Shown: positions 52,933 through 64,000 of the stretch, piece after piece
Numbering within the stretch: the stretch's first letter is position 1
Layout: every line of letters begins with the position of its first letter
From: Tubiluchus corallicola
Lineage: Eukaryota > Animalia > Priapulida
Direction: 5' to 3'
DNA: 64,000 bases
Assembly (NCBI GenBank): GCA_030141605.1
Contig: JAQGDQ010000667.1
Location: 1 to 64,000, forward strand
Program-made: the position numbers and the translations under genes
Notes under the pieces: model-generated
What the model was told of the DNA's origin: nothing
What the model saw: the letters and a program-made list of their open reading frames with translations, nothing else
Databases searched by the model: none

Positions 52933-53227
52933 TAGCCAACAAGTTTAATATATCACTACAAGTATTAATACACGTATAACTTGTCACTCATCACATCGAT
53001 AAGCATTGTAAATGAATTTTAGAAATGAATTGATGTCAAAAATACCTAAATACAATTATTTAAGAAGTATAATTTATAAAAGTGAAATAATGAAAAAGTA
53101 AAAATCGCAAAAATTTGATGATTGTCGTTAAAAATTACAAAAATTCGTGCATAGTCAGTTACTTCATGTCTTCACGAAAAAGTTGGTTTGTGAAATTCTC
53201 AAATTGATAAAAACATTTAACATCTGC

Positions 53228-56207
53228 TGCTGCGTATGTTTAAACAAAACACCTGGTCACCTAGTGCTTGAGCTGCATGCTGCGTATGTTCACACAAAAC
53301 ACCTAGTCACCTAGTGCTTGAGCTGCATGCTGCGTATGTTTAAACAAAACACCTGGTCACCTAGTGCTTGAGCTGCATGCTGCGTATGTTCACACAAAAC
53401 ACCTAGTCACCTAGTGCTTGAGCTGCATGCTGCGTATGTTTAAACAAAACACCTGGTCACCTAGTGCTTGAGCTGCATGCTGCGTATGTTTAAACAAAAC
53501 ACCTGGTCACCTAGTGCTTGAGCTGCATGCTGCATATGTTTAAACAAAACACCTAGTCACCTAGTGCTTGAGCTGCATGCTGCATATGTTCACACAAAAC
53601 ACCTGGTCACCTAGTGCTTGAGCTGCATGCTGCGTATGTTTAAACAAAACACCTGGTCACCTAGTGCTTGAGCTGCATGCTGCGTATGTTTAAACAAAAC
53701 ACCTAGTCACCTAGTGCTTGAGCTGCATGCTGCGTATGTTCACACAAAACACCTAGTCACCTAGTGCTTGAGCTGCATGCTGCGTATGTTTAAACAAAAC
53801 ACCTGGTCACCTAGTGCTTGAGCTGCATGCTGCATATGTTTAAACAAAACACCCAGTCACCTAGTGCTTGAGCTGCATGCTGCATATGTTTAAACAAAAC
53901 ACCTGGTCACCTAGTGCTTGAGCTGCATGCTGCGTATGTTTAAACAAAACACCTGGTCACCTAGTGCTTGAGCTGCATGCTGCGTATGTTTAAACAAAAC
54001 ACCTAGTCACCTAGTGCTTGAGCTGCATGCTGCGTATGTTTAAACAAAACACCTGGTCACCTAGTGCTTGAGCTGCATGCTGCGTATGTTTAAACAAAAC
54101 ACCTAGTCACCTAGTGCTTGAGCTGCATGCTGCGTATGTTTAAACAAAACACCTAGTGCTTGAGCTGCATGCTGCGTATGTTTAAACAAAACACCTGGTC
54201 ACCTAGTGCTTGAGCTGCATGCTGCGTATGTTTAAACAAAACACCTGGTCACCTAGTGCTTGAGCTGCATGCTGCATATGTTCACACAAAACACCTAGTC
54301 ACCTAGTGCTTGAGCTGCATGCTGCATATGTTCACACAAAACACCTGGTCACCTAGTGCTTGAGCTGCATGCTGCGTATGTTTAAACAAAACACCTGGTC
54401 ACCTAGTGCTTGAGCTGCATGCTGCGTATGTTTAAACAAAACACCTAGTCACCTAGTGCTTGAGCTGCATGCTGCGTATGTTTAAACAAAACACCTAGTC
54501 ACCTAGTGCTTGAGCTGCATGCTGCGTATGTTTAAACAAAACACCTGGTCACCTAGTGCTTGAGCTGCATGCTGCGTATGTTTAAACAAAACACCTGGTC
54601 ACCTAGTGCTTGAGCTGCATGCTGCGTATGTTTAAACAAAACACCTAGTCACCTAGTGCTTGAGCTGCATGCTGCATGTTTAAACAAAACACCTGGTCAC
54701 CTAGTGCTTGAGCTGCATGCTGCGTATGTTTAAACAAAACACCTAGTCACCTAGTGCTTGAGCTGCATGCTGCGTATGTTTAAACAAAACACCTGGTCAC
54801 CTAGTGCTTGAGCTGCATGTATGTTTAAACAAAACACCTGGTCACCTAGTGCTTGAGCTGCTGCGTATGTTCACACAAAACACCTGGTCACCTAGTGCTT
54901 GAGCTGCATGCTGCGTATGTTTAAACAAAACACCTAGTCACCTAGTGCTTGAGCTGCATGCTGCGTATGTTTAAACAAAACACCTAGTCACCTAGTGCTT
55001 GAGCTGCATGCTGCGTATGTTTAAACAAAACACCTAGTCACCTAGTGCTTGAGCTGCATGCTGCGTATGTTTAAACAAAACACCTGGTCACCTAGTGCTT
55101 GAGCTGCATGCTGCGTATGTTTAAACAAAACACCTGGTCACCTAGTGCTTGAGCTGCATGCTGCGTATGTTTAAACAAAACACCTAGTCACCTAGTGCTT
55201 CAGCTGCATGCTGCATATGTTCACACAAAACACCTAGTCACCTAGTGCTTGAGCTGCATGCTGCATATGTTCACACAAAACACCTAGTCACCTAGTGCTT
55301 GAGCTGCATGCTGCGTATGTTCACACAAAACACCTGGTCACCTAGTGCTTGAGCTGCATGCTGCGTATGTTTAAACAAAACACCTAGTCACCTAGTGCTT
55401 CAGCTGCATGCTGCATATGTTCACACAAAACACCTGGTCACCTAGTGCTTGAGCTGCATGCTGCGTATGTTTAAACAAAACACCTAGTCACCAAGTGCTT
55501 GAGCTGCATGCTGCGTATGTTCACACAAAACACCTAGTCACCTAGTGCTTGAGCTGCATGCTGCGTATGTTCACACAAAACACCTAGTCACCTAGTGCTT
55601 GAGCTGCATGCTGCATATGTTTAAACAAAACACCTAGTCACCTAGTGCTTGAGCTGCATGCTGCATATGTTTAAACAAAACACCTAGTCACCTAGTGCTT
55701 GAGCTGCATGCTGCATATGTTCACACAAAACACCTAGTCACCTAGTGCTTGAGCTGCATGCTGCGTATGTTCACACAAAACACCTAGTCACCTAGTGCTT
55801 GAGCTGCATGCTGCGTATGTTTAAACAAAACACCTAGTCACCTAGTGCTTGAGCTGCTGCTGCTATGTTCACACAAAACACCTAGTCACCTAGTGCTTGA
55901 GCTGCATGCTGCGTATGTTCACACAAAACACCTAGTCACCTAGTGCTTGAGCTGCATGCTGCGTATGTTTAAACAAAACACCTAGTCACCTAGTGCTTGA
56001 GCTGCATGCTGCGTATGTTCACACAAAACACCTAGTCACCTAGTGCTTGAGCTGCATGCTGCATATGTTCACACAAAACACCTAGTCACCTAGTGCTTGA
56101 GCTGCATGCTGCGTATGTTCACACAAAACACCTAGTCACCTAGTGCTTGAGCTGCATGCTGCATATGTTCACACAAAACACCTGGTCACCTAGTGCTTGA
56201 GCTGCAG
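53228..56207. repeat. 50-bp satellite array, ~60 copies
   Basis: Unit tgcgtatgtttaaacaaaacacctggtcacctagtgcttgagctgcatgc. Confidence 0.97.
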
Positions 56208-57439
56208 TTGGAAGTGACCTTGTTAAAAGCAGCAGGGGCTTCAGAAGCAAACTGCTCCACAAGCGATTAAATTGCTTAGTTTCCAGAAACGACGAGGTTA
56301 ATTGTAGCGGATAAGCGGGTGACAGATAAGAAAACTGCTACGCCAACATATGAGCACATTATTATGATAAACGTACTGTACTTGATTACAAACAAAGCTG
56401 TAACCGACATGACTGTTTCTACGTACATTATACTGCACAGTATCGAAGTAAAGGTAACACACTGTAAAAGCAGTGAAAGCTCTTAGGGCGCACACATGTG
56501 TCTTATTTTAATGACATGAAGCAAAAAGATTGAATCAATTATGCGAAGTTATTTGAGTCATTTATCGACAGTTTTATATACAATTAAATAGAATCGGCCC
56601 GTTCCAGATGCTTTTGAGTCAGTTAAGCGACTGAGTCTATTAACCGTATGTCTAATAAACGGTGTCCACTGTACAACATAAACAACTACTATGTACGCGA
56701 AAAGCATTTCGATTTGTTAAAACCGTTTTAATTTAAACAATCATTTATTTAAAAAAAATGTTATGGTATAAAGTTCTCAATCACATTGTACCTGCTCACG
56801 TGGTTAGTTTATTTTCTCTCTTTTCAGCTTTCTCACCTGTTGGCATGTATCGAATATCTTTTTCTAATTCTGTTGTCTGCTAGGTCACGTGGAAAATTGT
56901 TGAAATTAGCGAACTTCTCCGAATAAGGAATGAGAAGTGAAATTTCGTTTTATGAAAATGTGTGAAATATGTTGTTCTGCTGATCAAGTAAAATTGAATT
57001 TTTTTCCGAAGGAAAAACTTTCAGACAAAAATCTATGGGATTTTGTTGCTGTAGTATTGTGTTGTATGGTGTTGATGAGCTAAAGGATTATAGTGTACCA
57101 CACACAAATTAAGGTCAAGTTGTTATGTGCAGGTAAAATTAGTTTGATTACTAATTGCCTTCAACTTAATTCCCTTCTTGTTTCTCATTCGTAAATTTTA
57201 CCTCTTTATCTGTTTTACTACTTCACTTTTTTACTATTTTTATGAAGTACAGTCAAACCTCATTACAATGCCCCCTCTTCGTAATACTACCCTCTCTATA
57301 CACCTAAATTTTCAGCAAAACAAAATGTCTATATTTGCATAGACATGTATTAGTTCATCTCATTTAAATCCCAAATTTGCTATAATGCAAAGTATGCGAC
57401 AAAAAGAGCAATGACTGTAGTATTATTTTATATAGCAAC

Positions 57440-58215
57440 GTTTTTGGCTTAGCTTAACACTTTCTAGCCAGATATAGCTGTGAAGGTGGTCATTTTTGGC
57501 TTAGCTTAGCAGTTTTTTAGCCAGATATAGTTGTGAAGGTGGTCAGTTTTGGCTTAGTTTAACACTTTTTAGCCAGATATAGCTGTGAAGGTGGTCATTT
57601 TTGGCTTAGCTTAGCAGTTTTTTAGCCAGATATAGTTGTGAAGGTGGTCATTTTTGGCTTAGCTTAACACTTTTTAGCCAGATATAGCTGTGAAGGTGGT
57701 CATTTTTGGCTTAGCTTAGCAGTTTTTTAGCCAGATATAGCTGTGAAGGTGGTCAGTTTTGGCTTAGTTTAGCTGTTTTTAAGCCAAACGTAGCTGTGAA
57801 GGTGGTCAGTTTTGGCTTAGCTTAACAGTTTCTTAGCCAAATGTAGCTGTGAAGGTGGTCAGTTTTGGCTTAGCTTAACAGTTTCTTAGCCAAATGTAGC
57901 TGTGAAGGTGGTCAGTTTTGGCTTAGCTTAACACTTTGTAGCCAAATATAGCTGTGAAGGTGGTCAGTTTTGGCTTAGCTTAACACTTTGTAGCCAAATA
58001 TAGCTGTGAAGGTGGTCAGTTTTGGCTTAGCTTAACACTTTGTAGCCAAATATAGCTGTGAAGGTGGTCAGTTTTGGCTTAGCTTAACAGTTTCTTAGCC
58101 AAATGTAGCCGTGAAGGTGGTCAGTTTTGGCTTAGCTTAATAGTTTCTTAGTCAAATATAGTTGTGAAGGTGGTCAGTTTTGGCTTAGCTTAGCAGTTTT
58201 TTAGCCAAATATAGG
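57440..58215. repeat. 52-53-bp minisatellite, ~15 copies, in the probable intron upstream of the ZF coding exon
   Basis: Unit ttttggcttagcttaacactttttagccagatatagctgtgaaggtggtca; lies between donor cag|gtaaaa (57132) and acceptor ttcttgttttag (58340). Confidence 0.93.
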
Positions 58216-58566
58216 TCAGTTTTAGGTAAGATAATTGACTTGCCATAAGAGTCAGTTTGCATTAATGCAGTTGTAACAGATTCAGGCATTGATTAGTTAT
58301 AATATTGAGTTCATCAATTAATATCATTTTCTTGTTTTAGGTTTCTGCCTATATCTATGAAGATCAGAGCAAGCTGGGTCATAGATGTGAAACTTGGCTT
58401 CCTTTTCAGAAATAAATGTTTCAAGAAAAACTTCTAGTTTTCGCAAGTTTCTACAGGCAACAAATGTAAAGCATGCCAGCTTCTTGCACTAGGAAATTCA
58501 GGACTTCAAATCTGCTTTCTCTAGATAAAAATTTCTTAGCGACGTCACCATATTGAGTTGGAGGAA

Positions 58567-60159
58567 ATGGCAGAAGACGATATAGTAAAACTTGAACCAG
58601 AGCACCAGACTTGCACGATGAAGCTGAACAGAAGTCAGATGAAACAAATAGATGCGATCGCTGAGAAAATACAACGTTGTCACGAACGAGGAAATGTGCT
58701 TGTTAATGTAGACGATGTAGTTGTTAGCGAAAATCAGGGACGACAAGAAGTATTTGATCCTGTGGTTTCTGATGCCGACGAAATTGAAGAGCAACAACCA
58801 TACCCAGTTGCCAGTGAAAGTCGAGACGAACGATCTGTTAACCTTCTAGAAGATATTGTCGATGAATACCAATGTGAAAATGCGGATGCGTTTGATGGAG
58901 AAATTATAGATCAACAAACTCAAGCACCTGTGCACGATAATGAAGCAGTTAAGTATGAAAGAACAGACGTGTGCGACGATGTAGACGGCCAACTGTCTTC
59001 CCCATCGGGTGATGCTGCTGACGATGCGGCTGATACGAGCAACGAGGCGTATATGATAAGTAACGAAGGGAACAGCAGTGATTCCCTGCCAAATATTTCA
59101 GAATCTTATGCATTTAAAATCAACTACGACGACAGTCAAGGAGACAATATTGAAATGTCTAGCTTAGCAGAAGCATCATATGAAATGATGCCTCCCAGAA
59201 TTGATATGTCTGCTGCCACCACAAGGCGGCATGAATGCGGTTATTGTCACTTACTATTCACATCGTCTTCCAACTTAAAATCTCACGTAAGAACTCACAC
59301 CGGGGAAAAGCCGTTTAAATGTACTGAATGCGGAACAGCTTTTTGTCACCCCAGCACTTTAAGAAATCACTTAAAAACACACACAAATGAGAAACCATTA
59401 AAGTGCAGCTTGTGTGATATGAGTTTTAAGCGCCCGGCGACTCTAAGAGCACATGTGAGAACTCACACTGGTGAAAAACCTTTCAAGTGTAGCTACTGTG
59501 ATGCAGCTTTCAGACAATCTTCACATTTAGGTAAGCATATGAGAATTCATACAGGTGAGAAACCTTACAAATGCAATTCATGTGGTGCTGATTTTAGAGA
59601 AATATGTCACTTAAGATGCCATATGAGAACTCACACAGGCGAGAAACCATTTAAGTGTGAGATGTGCGATGCAGCTTTTAGTCATTCTAGCACTTTGAAG
59701 AATCATGTTAGAATGCACACGAATGAGAAACCATTTAAATGCACTGAGTGTAATGCAAATTTTAAGCGGGCATCTATTCTCACATGTCACATGAGAATTC
59801 ACACTGGTGAGAAACCATTTAAGTGCACTGACTGTGATGCAGCTTTCAAACAGTCTTCCAGTCTGACAAAACATAGACGCGTTCATACAGGTCAAAAGCC
59901 GTTTAAATGTTATGAGTGTGATGCAGCATTCAGTGAATCGAGCAACTTGAACAAGCACTTGAGAATTCACACAGGCGAAAAACCTTTTATTTGTGGTGAG
60001 TGTGGATCCGCATTTACTCATCAACGAACTTTAAAAAACCACAGCAGAACTCACACTGGTGAGAGACCATTTAACTGCAATGTTTGTGCGGCTAGATTCA
60101 TGGCGTCTTCGGAGTTAAAATCACATATGAAAGTTCACATTGATGGAATGATCATGTAA
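58567..60159 (+). CDS. C2H2 zinc-finger protein: acidic N-terminal region + 11 tandem fingers
   Basis: 11 CxxC...HxxxH units with TGEKP linkers; first ATG at 58567 (in-frame stops upstream at 58522 and 58537). Confidence 0.95.
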   Translation: MAEDDIVKLEPEHQTCTMKLNRSQMKQIDAIAEKIQRCHERGNVLVNVDDVVVSENQGRQEVFDPVVSDADEIEEQQPYPVASESRDERSVNLLEDIVDEYQCENADAFDGEIIDQQTQAPVHDNEAVKYERTDVCDDVDGQLSSPSGDAADDAADTSNEAYMISNEGNSSDSLPNISESYAFKINYDDSQGDNIEMSSLAEASYEMMPPRIDMSAATTRRHECGYCHLLFTSSSNLKSHVRTHTGEKPFKCTECGTAFCHPSTLRNHLKTHTNEKPLKCSLCDMSFKRPATLRAHVRTHTGEKPFKCSYCDAAFRQSSHLGKHMRIHTGEKPYKCNSCGADFREICHLRCHMRTHTGEKPFKCEMCDAAFSHSSTLKNHVRMHTNEKPFKCTECNANFKRASILTCHMRIHTGEKPFKCTDCDAAFKQSSSLTKHRRVHTGQKPFKCYECDAAFSESSNLNKHLRIHTGEKPFICGECGSAFTHQRTLKNHSRTHTGERPFNCNVCAARFMASSELKSHMKVHIDGMIM

Positions 60160-60259
60160 TTATTTTGTTTAGCATAGTATCATTTAGATAATTGTAAATA
60201 CATAATGAAGTCTAATGATGAAGCTCAATGTATTAATGTTAACAAAGGAATTTCTAAAT

Positions 60260-61620
60260 GCAGACGACATACAAGTGAGTGAACTGCTGTCTGTGACACA
60301 GACAATGTGAGTTCCTATGACACAGACAATATACAAGTCAGTGAACTGGTGTCCTGTCACACAGACAATATACAAGTCAGTGAACTGGTGTCCCGTCACA
60401 CAGACGATATACAAGTCAGTGAGCTGGTGTCCTGTCACACAGACAATATACAAGTCAGTGAACTGGTGTCCCGTCACACAGACAATATACAAGTCAGTGA
60501 ACTGGTGTCCTGTCACACAGACGATATACAAGTCAGTGAGCTGGTGTCCTGTCACACAGACAATATACAAGTCAGCAAGCTGGTGTCCTTTCACACAGAC
60601 GATGTACAACTCAGTGAGCTGGTATCCTGTCACACAGACAATATACAAGTCAGTGAACTGGTGTTCTGTCACACAGACAATATACAAGTCAGTGAGCTGG
60701 TGTCCTGTCACACAGATAATATACAAGTCAGTGAGGTGGTGTCCTGTCACACAGACACTATACAAGTCAGTGAGTTGGTGGCCTGTCACACAGACAATAT
60801 ACAAGTCAGTGAGCTGGTGTCCTGTCACACAGACAATATACAAGTCAGCAAGCTGGTGTCCTGTCACACAGACAATATACAAGTCAGTGAGCTGGTGTCC
60901 TGTCACACAGACAATATACAAGTCAGTGAACTGGTGTCCTGTCACACAGACAATATACAAGTCAGTGAACTGGTGTCCTGTCACACAGACAATATACAAG
61001 TCAGTGAGCTGGTGTCCTGTCACACAGACAATATACAAGTCAGTGAACTGGTGTCCTGTCACACAGACAATATACAAGTCAGTGAGCTGGTGTCCTGTCA
61101 CACAGACAATATACAAGTCAGTGAGTTGGTGTCCTGTCACACAGACAATATACAAGTCAGTGAGCTGGTGTCCTGTCACACAGACGATATACAAGTCAGT
61201 GAGCTGGTGTCCTGTCACACAGACGATGTACAACTCAGTGAGCTGGTGTCCTGTCACACAGACGATGTACAAGTCAGTGAGCTGGTGTCCTGTCACACAG
61301 ACAATATACAAGTCAGTGAACTGGTGTCCTGTCACACAGACGATGTACAACTCAGTGAGCTGGTGTCCTGTCACACAGACAATATACAAGTCAGTGAGGT
61401 GGTGTCCTGTCACACAGACAATAGACAAGTCAGTGTGCTGGTGTCCTGTCACACAGACAATATACAAGTCAGTGAGCTTTTGTCCTGTCACACAGACGAT
61501 GTACAACTCAGTGAGCTGGTGTCCTGTCACACAGACGATGTACAAGTCAGTGAGCTGGTGTCCTGTCACACAGACGATGTACAACTCAGTGAGCTGGTGT
61601 CCTTTCAGCCAGACGATGTA
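60260..61620. repeat. 39-bp minisatellite, ~35 copies
   Basis: Unit cacacagacaatatacaagtcagtgagctggtgtcctgt. Confidence 0.97.
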
Positions 61621-63143
61621 CAAGATTCAGTTTTAGAGAATTTCAAATAAAGTTTGAGATTAATAGTAAAAATTCAAGTGTTCTCACAAAGATCATGCAT
61701 ATTACTCCTGCATTAAAAATGCTAATAATTTGTTTCAAAATTTTGCCCAAAAAAGTGCCAAATTTTACTTATTGCGCGACGTTTTCAACGTTCTAATGAT
61801 GAAGAATGTGTGTATTTGAAGTGCTGAATTACTCGAATCAAATTCAAGCTAAAAAACTCATTTGAATCAAATTCAAATATCCGAACTCAAACGTTTGATG
61901 CTCATACCTGCTTACAGGTTTGTACATATTCAATGCAAAACCATTTGATTTTCCTTTTATATAATGCATGTGTAATTTAATTTATTAACTTAATTATGTC
62001 AACTGTTGCTGTTCATTGAGTTTTTTGTTCTTGTGATATTATGAAACAAGAAGTGTCATACTTACGACATTATGTAATAGTGATATGCGTAGTGCAAGTT
62101 TTTATGTGTTGTGTAATTTGATTGGTTAAAAGAAATCTTTCTAATAAAATTATTCGTTGATTCAATACAGCGATGCTTTGTTGAGCTTAACCTGATTCTG
62201 AATGGGTGACTGCCTGGGAATTCACCTCTGAACACTTTCTTTCGTTTTATTGTTTCGTGTTTATTTCTCTCGTTGAAGGAGGGATAAAACCGTTGCACAC
62301 TTTGACGGTTGCTTTGCAAACAAATGTTTGCAAATTTCTTTTCAACAGTGGTGGTTTTCTTTTGATCTACTTTTTGTTCATGCTCAGGTCTGGTGCCATG
62401 CAAAAGCTGTGGAACTGAACTTGTTTATGGTTTGCGCATTGCGCAAGTGGAGTTAATAACAATCATAGTATAGTGCAATGTTACTGCCTGTTTGCCAAAC
62501 AAGTTATGCATTAATACCAGTGCCTTCCACTCCACTTTTATGTTCCGATTCTCGATTCTTTAATCTAGGCCTACTCTTTTCCCTTCACTGCTCGATCTTT
62601 TCCTGCTCTGTAGGCTGTTAAGGTGGTATTAGTGTGTGTGTGTGTGTGTGTGTGTGTGCACCAAAAACGTCGTCTGATCTTTCTGGGTATTAACCAGCTA
62701 ATGCCTATCATTATTAGCATATTGTGGGTTACTTGCACTTGATAGAACAATTTAAAAATGAGGCAATATCACATAGATGACGTTATTATTAGTTTCATTT
62801 TAAAAACAACTCTATGCATTTTTGTGATGGTGTTTTCGTATAATTGGTATTAAAATTACGTATAATAATTATAAAATTAAAATCTTGTAAAACACAACAA
62901 TTCCAGATTTGTTGCTAACGGTGCGGGTCACGGGAAATATTGAAACTGGCCGTCAAAAACGTCAAATCGTTTCTGACGCAGCGCAAAGCGCGCAATTTCT
63001 GCAAAGTCGCAATCACTAAAATCTTTTCGCAAGATTCTGCTAAGTGCTAAAGTCAGTAAAGGTGTACATATTTAGCAGAGCCTGAGCGGAGAATTTTGTC
63101 GATGCTTAACTGCAACATTAAATTTTTCGCCATTGTGTAGGAA

Positions 63144-63638
63144 ATGCTGACGTTAAAAATGTTTGCGTTTGTCACGGGATTTCTGTTATTTATGACACTG
63201 TCTAACTTTTGTCAGGTTTGCAGTGGAAGTAGTCACTGTTGTAGCGTCAACTCAACCAACATAGAGGACGCTGCATCATATCAGTGCGTGTGCGATAATT
63301 GTCCAGAGCCATGTAACCCTAACCCATGTACGCATGAAGGTACTTGTAATGCGGATATGGAAACAGGCAGGTACACGTGCATGTGCCTTGAATCTTATAC
63401 TGGAGTTAATTGTGAAACATTGGCTATGGATGAGTGTAAACCAAATCCGTGTATGAATGGTGGCACTTGTAGTACTAGCACGGATAAAAGTAAGTTCACA
63501 TGCCAGTGTACCAGCGATTTTACTGGAACTACGTGTGAAGATGACATTGAGAAAAAAGATGGCAGTCATACAACTTTTACGAAGAATTACATGCGGTTAA
63601 TGTTACTTCTTGTTCTGTTATTGTCAGCTTTTTTATAA
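63144..63638 (+). CDS. Small secreted/cell-surface protein with two EGF-like domains and a hydrophobic (GPI-signal-like) C-terminus
   Basis: Signal-like MLTLKMFAFVTGFLLFMTLSNFC; EGFs CNPNPCTHEGTC...YTCMCLESYTGVNCE and CKPNPCMNGGTC...FTCQCTSDFTGTTCE; ends LMLLLVLLLSAFL*; acceptor-like ttgtgtag|gaaATG. Confidence 0.9.
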   Translation: MLTLKMFAFVTGFLLFMTLSNFCQVCSGSSHCCSVNSTNIEDAASYQCVCDNCPEPCNPNPCTHEGTCNADMETGRYTCMCLESYTGVNCETLAMDECKPNPCMNGGTCSTSTDKSKFTCQCTSDFTGTTCEDDIEKKDGSHTTFTKNYMRLMLLLVLLLSAFL

Positions 63639-64000
63639 CAGTAAAAATTACTACATAATTCTGAACGTTAATATGCAGAAAATGCCCCTTTTTTTCAAAT
63701 AAAATATCTTAAATGGTACAAATTTGAAAAGGCCATTATCGGTCTGTAGTAGTGTGGAATGTTAGAAACATGCATGAACGTAACAGTAACTTATTTTGTT
63801 CATTGGTTTAACTGCATATTTATGTGCGCATATTTGTACACACATGAATGCCACATGTATATAAGTTTGTATGTGATATTTAAAGTTATAAGGTACAATG
63901 TAATAATAACAATAAACACAAGCACTAATAAAGACCTTCGTTCAGAGCCGCTTAATGTATGAACACACTGGGCAGTTGGCTGGGCATCCCATGCTAATCT

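Noticed and set aside
53228-56207. CRISPR-like appearance of the regular arrays
   Set aside because: Units are contiguous with no unique spacers, there are no cas genes, and the context is eukaryotic.
60184-61650. Three long ORFs (439-479 aa) over the 39-bp array
   Set aside because: The unit length is divisible by 3 and lacks stops in several frames; ORFs on both strands with no unique domain are repeat artefacts.

Overview
AT-rich, repeat-dense eukaryotic genomic DNA, most likely from an invertebrate metazoan (GT-AG introns, microsatellites, C2H2/EGF/LRR/WSC genes). It is not prokaryotic, and I saw no CRISPR array or rRNA/tRNA gene. I reconstructed four host genes by hand. (1) A minus-strand multi-exon gene (ATG 23652; nine phase-compatible coding exons down to 1137, continuing off the left edge) encoding signal peptide + 5 WSC domains + an FN3 domain; three of these exons are absent from the ORF track. 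(2) A minus-strand two-coding-exon LRR + LRRCT protein of 322 aa with a hydrophobic, probably GPI-type C-terminus (43564-42829 joined to 31422-31190). (3) A plus-strand 11-finger C2H2 zinc-finger gene (58567-60159). (4) A small secreted/GPI-type two-EGF protein (63144-63638). The 11.4-kb LRR intron holds a ~6.1-kb decayed LTR retroelement inserted in a ~20-bp satellite. It has ~1.3-kb LTRs, a tRNA-His-type PBS, a PPT, no recognisable RT or integrase, and a frameshifted remnant resembling an errantivirus/baculovirus-F-type env. Nearly every intron carries its own minisatellite close to an exon. Helitron-like, piggyBac-like and hAT-like non-autonomous elements and RTE/CR1-type LINE fragments are also present. 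Most short ORFs in the track are repeat artefacts. All domain assignments are by-eye motif recognition, not database results.
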